A stretch of DNA of 58,339 bases, counting the filler, from Circinaria calcarea (Eukaryota): assembly GCA_051942165.1 (NCBI GenBank). It is 4 parts of 4 records of this genome, joined end to end, with 100 filler letters (N's around TTAATTAATTAA, not from the genome) between each part and the next. Parts side by side here need not be neighbours in the genome. Positions count along the whole stretch, not along the records: positions 43,860 to 58,339 come from JAVECS010000425.1; 3 more parts are not named here. One strand, given 5' to 3'. This document shows positions 53,763 through 58,339 of the stretch, in pieces. The notes beneath the pieces are model-generated. The model saw only the letters and a list, made by a program, of their open reading frames with translations, was not told the DNA's origin and ran no database searches. Every line of letters begins with the position of its first letter. The stretch's first letter is position 1. The position numbers were made by a program, and so were the translations under genes.

Positions 53763-55061
53763 TCACCGCCTCCCCTTCCTCGCTCTGATCGATCCCGATC
53801 CCGATCCCGAACCCCCTGCAGTCATATTGACATTGTACCCCTGTCCATACGATCTCACATCAACCTGCACTCCCTCGTCGTCATCGTCGTCCTCGTCCTC
53901 ATCATCGTACTCGACAGTGGCAATGTCATGCTGCCTGCTTCCGGTAGAATACTCCCGGCGTAGGAGGGAAGGATCGGACGATGAGGCATACGGACGTGCC
54001 ACAGACGATGGTGGCGGGGAGCGCATGTACGGATACTGGACTTCCGCTGGCCCGGACACGTTCCGTCGACATTGGACATATTGGGCTGGGATCTGGGGTA
54101 AAGGAGGCGAGTAGGTTCGGTACTGATGCGGATCCACAGGGTAAGGTTGGGTGGAGGAAGATGACCGGGAACGGGATGTCCAACTGGTCTCAGCGGATTG
54201 TGGTCGGGGTAATGGAGGAGTATGTGTGCGGGAGGTGGATGACGGGAGATGTTGCTCAGGGACAGAGAAGTATCTCTTTTGTTGACTGCGAAATTGCGGT
54301 AGTGCTAGTGGAGGGGTTTGTTGACTTAGGCTGTGAGATGAGGTTGATCGAGAGCCGGGGCGTGACGAGGAACCGGATGGCGGGCTTGGCGCTGGCTCGT
54401 ATCCTATGGGCGCATAGATGGTTTTTCCATCAGGACCAGCAACCACAAACCCTGGTGGCAAATTTGGTCCATGACTTAGTCTATCATCTTCATTATTTTT
54501 AGTGAGAGAAGACCTGCTCTTCCTTCTACCAGCAATAGGGAGCACGGTCTTCCATGAGCTGGGGGACCTGCCACTGCTTTGACGTTTGTCGCTGGTTTTA
54601 GGTCTGGGTACTGGCTTCCTTGCCTTGGCGTCATCCTTCTGCCTTTGTCGTTCCAAGGCATCTAGCTCGGCTTGAGATAGCTTAACGACGGTTTTACCCA
54701 GCAGCTGCGCTCGTCGAATTCTCTCCGACGCCATCTGTACTAGCAATTCTTCCTTATCTCGAAGAGCTACCTGCATCGCCGCTCCATTCCGATCGTCGAT
54801 TTCCACCCTATCGTACGAACCATCAGAGTCATCCGAGTACTCATGACTCCGCCTATCTTTCAAATAAGGGCCAAGATCAGCCCCCGTAAAATTCAAGTCA
54901 TCACTAACAAAGGAGTGGTCCAACCCAACGCCTTGCCCATCGTCGGAATCACTGTCCAACTCTTCAAAACGCCGTTGTTCCTCCCATTGCCGTGTTTGTC
55001 TTTCCCATTCCTTCCTCCTTTTCCCTTGCCAAGCCCCTGATGGTCTTCCCCAAGGGGGCAT
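53763..55061 (-). CDS. Ser/Pro/Arg-rich hypothetical protein directly downstream of YIP3
   Basis: Intact 432-aa ORF with a structured-looking core MQVALRDKEELLVQMASERIRRAQLLGK..VKLSQAELDALER. Confidence 0.8.
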   Translation of the reverse strand: MPPWGRPSGAWQGKRRKEWERQTRQWEEQRRFEELDSDSDDGQGVGLDHSFVSDDLNFTGADLGPYLKDRRSHEYSDDSDGSYDRVEIDDRNGAAMQVALRDKEELLVQMASERIRRAQLLGKTVVKLSQAELDALERQRQKDDAKARKPVPRPKTSDKRQSSGRSPSSWKTVLPIAGRRKSRSSLTKNNEDDRLSHGPNLPPGFVVAGPDGKTIYAPIGYEPAPSPPSGSSSRPGSRSTSSHSLSQQTPPLALPQFRSQQKRYFSVPEQHLPSSTSRTHTPPLPRPQSAETSWTSRSRSSSSTQPYPVDPHQYRTYSPPLPQIPAQYVQCRRNVSGPAEVQYPYMRSPPPSSVARPYASSSDPSLLRREYSTGSRQHDIATVEYDDEDEDDDDDEGVQVDVRSYGQGYNVNMTAGGSGSGSGSIRARKGRR

Positions 55062-55087
55062 ATCATGTGGAGTTCGCGGCCGACCAC

Positions 55088-55618
55088 CTAGACCGCCTCC
55101 TCGGAAAAAGCTGTATCGATAGGCTTATCCATAAACGATGCGTGGCCTAGTATAGTCACGCCTGTCGCGCCGACGAGCCACAGGGCTGTTCCAATAGGCG
55201 AAGCCCATATGAAAAGAGGGACACCGATAACGAAAAGTCCGGTGTATAACTGTGAAGTTGTTGCACGTGCGAAACCCAGCTCAAGATCCCGCCCGTTGAG
55301 TTTTTTTATCCCGAATAGTCCCACAGCGACGAATACGATGTCAAAGAGCAGAGTAAGATTCGTGAGTAGGCTATATACGCCGAGCATGAGGGCCACCACG
55401 ACATAGTTACTTGAAAAGTAGCCTAAATTGTAATTCACCCGGCTCTGAACGTCGCCGAAATTGGAAGGTTTCGAGAGGCGCTTAAAGTCGAGGAATTCGG
55501 AGATGGGCTTCAGATTGGCAAATCTAGTACCGATAGACTGTGAACGGACACTCTCTGAGAATCCGTTGAGGTTAAGTCGGGTAGCCAAGGCATCAAGAGG
55601 GATAGTTATGCGTGACAT
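55088..55618 (-). CDS. YIP3: Prenylated Rab acceptor PRA1/Yip3
   Basis: RFANLKPISEFLDFKRLSKP...SRVNYNLGYFSSNY...ILGHASFMDKPI. Confidence 0.93.
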   Translation of the reverse strand: MSRITIPLDALATRLNLNGFSESVRSQSIGTRFANLKPISEFLDFKRLSKPSNFGDVQSRVNYNLGYFSSNYVVVALMLGVYSLLTNLTLLFDIVFVAVGLFGIKKLNGRDLELGFARATTSQLYTGLFVIGVPLFIWASPIGTALWLVGATGVTILGHASFMDKPIDTAFSEEAV

Positions 55619-56226
55619 GTTTGAACGGATGTCAGCAAAGATGGCAGAATTTTCTGAGCGTATGATAGGATCGTTGAAGGTATGGAGCTTGGGTTTTTGG
55701 GGCCAGCTATGAAATGTTAGATGAGGAGATGTCCTGGTTTCTCAAGTAGCAGCCTGAGAAGGTGGAAGCTGGAGGTGTTCCCAAACACTTACTGAGAGGG
55801 TAGTTCTTCTATATAGAAGTGGTATGAATACGAGATGGATTACACAGCCTGAACAGGCAACCAAATTGTCAGGTTTCGGCACAATCCCAATCGGGATTGG
55901 CGGGCTCAGTGCTTATTGCGCACAAACATTTTCCATGGATCCTCACATGTTTTCTTTGGTGTGAGTAGAGGTGAGCTGCAGGAGCCAGATCTCCTTTATA
56001 CTCACTCCAACCACCCGATGTTGTCGCGGACACAAGACCCATCTTGCACTTGAAAATCCATGTAAACCAACCTGCGGCAAAGACTAGAATGCAATTGGAC
56101 CACGTTCCGACAGCTAGCACCAACTAGTTGGACATCCTCCAAACTACCATCATAGTGTTTAAAAAGTCCCCGGATCGGGCACTTGTGCATTACTCCCTCA
56201 ATCATCAGGCCTGATCCTCAAACACT

Positions 56227-57553
56227 ATGAAAACGTCACTCCTTACCTTTCTGCTCTGCAGTGGCCTGTTCACACTGGTATCATGCTGGAGTAAAGAAGG
56301 TAAAGAAAGGTTTAGCAGAGAAACCTGGTACACTCATGTTGACTTTGACCGCAGACCATGAAATCTTCCGGCTCAGGGATGAGATCTTAGCATACGAGGG
56401 ACCCGATGTCAATTTCTATGGTAATGCTCATTTTAAAGTTTTACTAGCTCAGCTAATTAATGATATCCTAGACTTTGTAGGTGTAAAACCTACAGCATCA
56501 CAAGACGAAATCAATAAGGCCTACAGGAAAAAAGGGAAGATACTTCATCCAGATAAAGTGAAACAGTCCGTTATTGCATCCAAGGCCAAGCCAACAACCA
56601 AGTCGCAGCCAGGCCAGGCCAAGAAGAAACCAGGTGTACACGTTAGCAAAGGCCCCTCGGAACGCGAGATTCGCAATGCAGTCAAGGAGGCTAGTGATCG
56701 ATTTGCGCGACTGGGGCTGATTGCAGGAATTCTCCGGGGGCCCGGTCGTGAAAGATATGACCATTTTCTTCAAAACGGCTTTCCCAAATGGAGAGGGACC
56801 GGCTACTATTACGCTCGCTTTCGTCCCGGCCTTGGCTCGGTTCTCATTGGCTTATTCGTCTTTGGCGGAGGGCTGGCGCATTACGGTGCGTTAATCTTAG
56901 GGTGGAAAAGGCAGAGAGAATTCGTGGACAGGTATATCAGGCAGGCCAGGCGAGCAGCTTGGGGCGATGAAGTTGGGATAAAAGGTGTGCCGGGCATAGA
57001 CGGTACCGGCAGTGTGCCTCCGCCTGCTAGCGCCAGCGGTCAGGAAGACGGCAATATGATGCTCAATCGCAGACAGAAGCGTCTTCAGGAGAGGGAAAGT
57101 AAGAAAGGAAAGGAAAACAAGGGGTACAAGTCTGCACGACGTAGCGGTACCAGCACTCCTCTCGAAACGGGTGGTGGGGACGGCCCCCAAGGGGAGAGGA
57201 AGCGAGTGCAAGCAGAGAACGGGAAGATACTACTCGTTGATTCGGTAGGGAACGTGTTCCTAGAGGAGGAGAACGAGGATGGCGAGAAAGGAGAATATCT
57301 ACTGGATCCCAACGAGATTACCAAACCAACCTTCCGAGACACTGTATTATTTCGGCTACCGATATGGATGTACAAAACGGGGAAGGGCCGTATACTGGGA
57401 TTAAGGGGGTCCCCGCAGGATGAAGACTTGAATTTCGTTGAGGAGGATGGTTCTTCAAGCACGGAGGAAAATGAGGAGACTCTTTCAAAGGCGAAGTCTG
57501 CTGGCAACGGAACAGCTCGAAAACAAGGGAAGAGGAATGGAAAAGTCCGATGA
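56227..57553 (+). CDS. ERJ5: ER-membrane J-domain co-chaperone (Erj5-like), 2 introns
   Basis: Signal peptide MKTSLLTFLLCSGLFTLVSCWSKE|DHEIFRL, J-domain with HPDK, and RERYDHFLQNGFPKWRGTGYYYARFRPGLGSVL followed by a TM helix. Confidence 0.9.
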
Positions 57554-58339
57554 TATTTAAGGCTATCCAGTCAATACTCAATTGCAAATCTACTTCTCAA
57601 CCGCTATGTTAATTGACTTATGTCACATGGCTGGCATGGAATATATGTAGTATTGGTGTGCTGTAGATGAAACGCTTCATGCAACACTACCGTTAAGGTA
57701 GGCTTTGAGTTAATTGATTCGCTCTCTATGGGGGTTTGGAGTAAATCCTCAAAATTCTGTACTCCGTACAGCTCTTCATGGTATGGTTGCATTAAAGCCT
57801 CGATATTCACTCAGGAGCTTATCGTGATTAAGAAGCTCTGAGTTAGAAACCCGGACTGTAATCAACAACAGGACCGTTGTAAACGCGACACAATAATGGC
57901 ATCCCACCAAAAGATATCTCTCACTTCCCATCTGTTCTTGGGGTAACAATCTTGATTATGTACTCCGTAGAGCAGTGCAACGGCACGGTTTTCTTCGATC
58001 GACAGCCTCCCGCATATAATTTGACTGTCCCTACCATTGTATCTTCAGCCTTGCAGTTGATCAAACTGTAACTTTCTCCTTTTTCACTTACTATTCATCG
58101 CCTTCACCCTGTACTTTGTGACTGGCCTGCAGCCCCTGCATTTGGGCTCTATCCTGCAAGACAAACCATTTCCTCCTAGTTCTCGCGAAAACGATAGAAT
58201 TTCTGCTTAATCTCCAACGCCTCCATTCGCGTTTCCGTGTCAAAACCTCATCCGTCACGAATACTCCCAATGGATTCCTCACCCTCCAAGAGCACGATCG
58301 ACATACCTCTCAAGCCACCCACCCCCGAGACCTCTCCTC

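Noticed and set aside
58091..58339. Possible 3' end of a minus-strand gene at the window edge
   Set aside because: Too little sequence to assign a frame or family.

Overview
Eukaryotic DNA from a filamentous ascomycete (Pezizomycotina). Evidence: short GT-AG introns with CTRAY branch sites and fungal-type genes. The window is four sequence blocks joined by three artificial 100-bp N/TTAATTAATTAA spacers, so adjacency across them is not guaranteed. Housekeeping genes: adenylate cyclase, cytosolic TyrRS, MICOS Mic26/27, CDC48 (cut by a gap), Pex11C and NAPE-PLD (both cut by gaps), mS41/FYV4, YIP3, ERJ5 and an apparently intact P450. Accessory genes: a secreted NucA/NucB-type DNase with a tandem-repeat upstream region, a Pth11-like membrane protein and a PD-(D/E)XK-like protein. 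About seven pseudogenes are present, several forming a decaying P450/MBOAT-acyltransferase cluster. The P450 of that cluster is split by an 820-bp non-autonomous Mutator-like element with a 9-bp TSD, and the element carries a diverged copy of DNA found just upstream of the same P450. The most striking observation is a tRNA-Leu(CAA) gene with two introns: a canonical 37/38 tRNA intron and a 58-nt GTATGC...GCTAAA...ACAG intron in the anticodon stem that looks spliceosomal. All family assignments come from motif recognition by eye, not from database searches.
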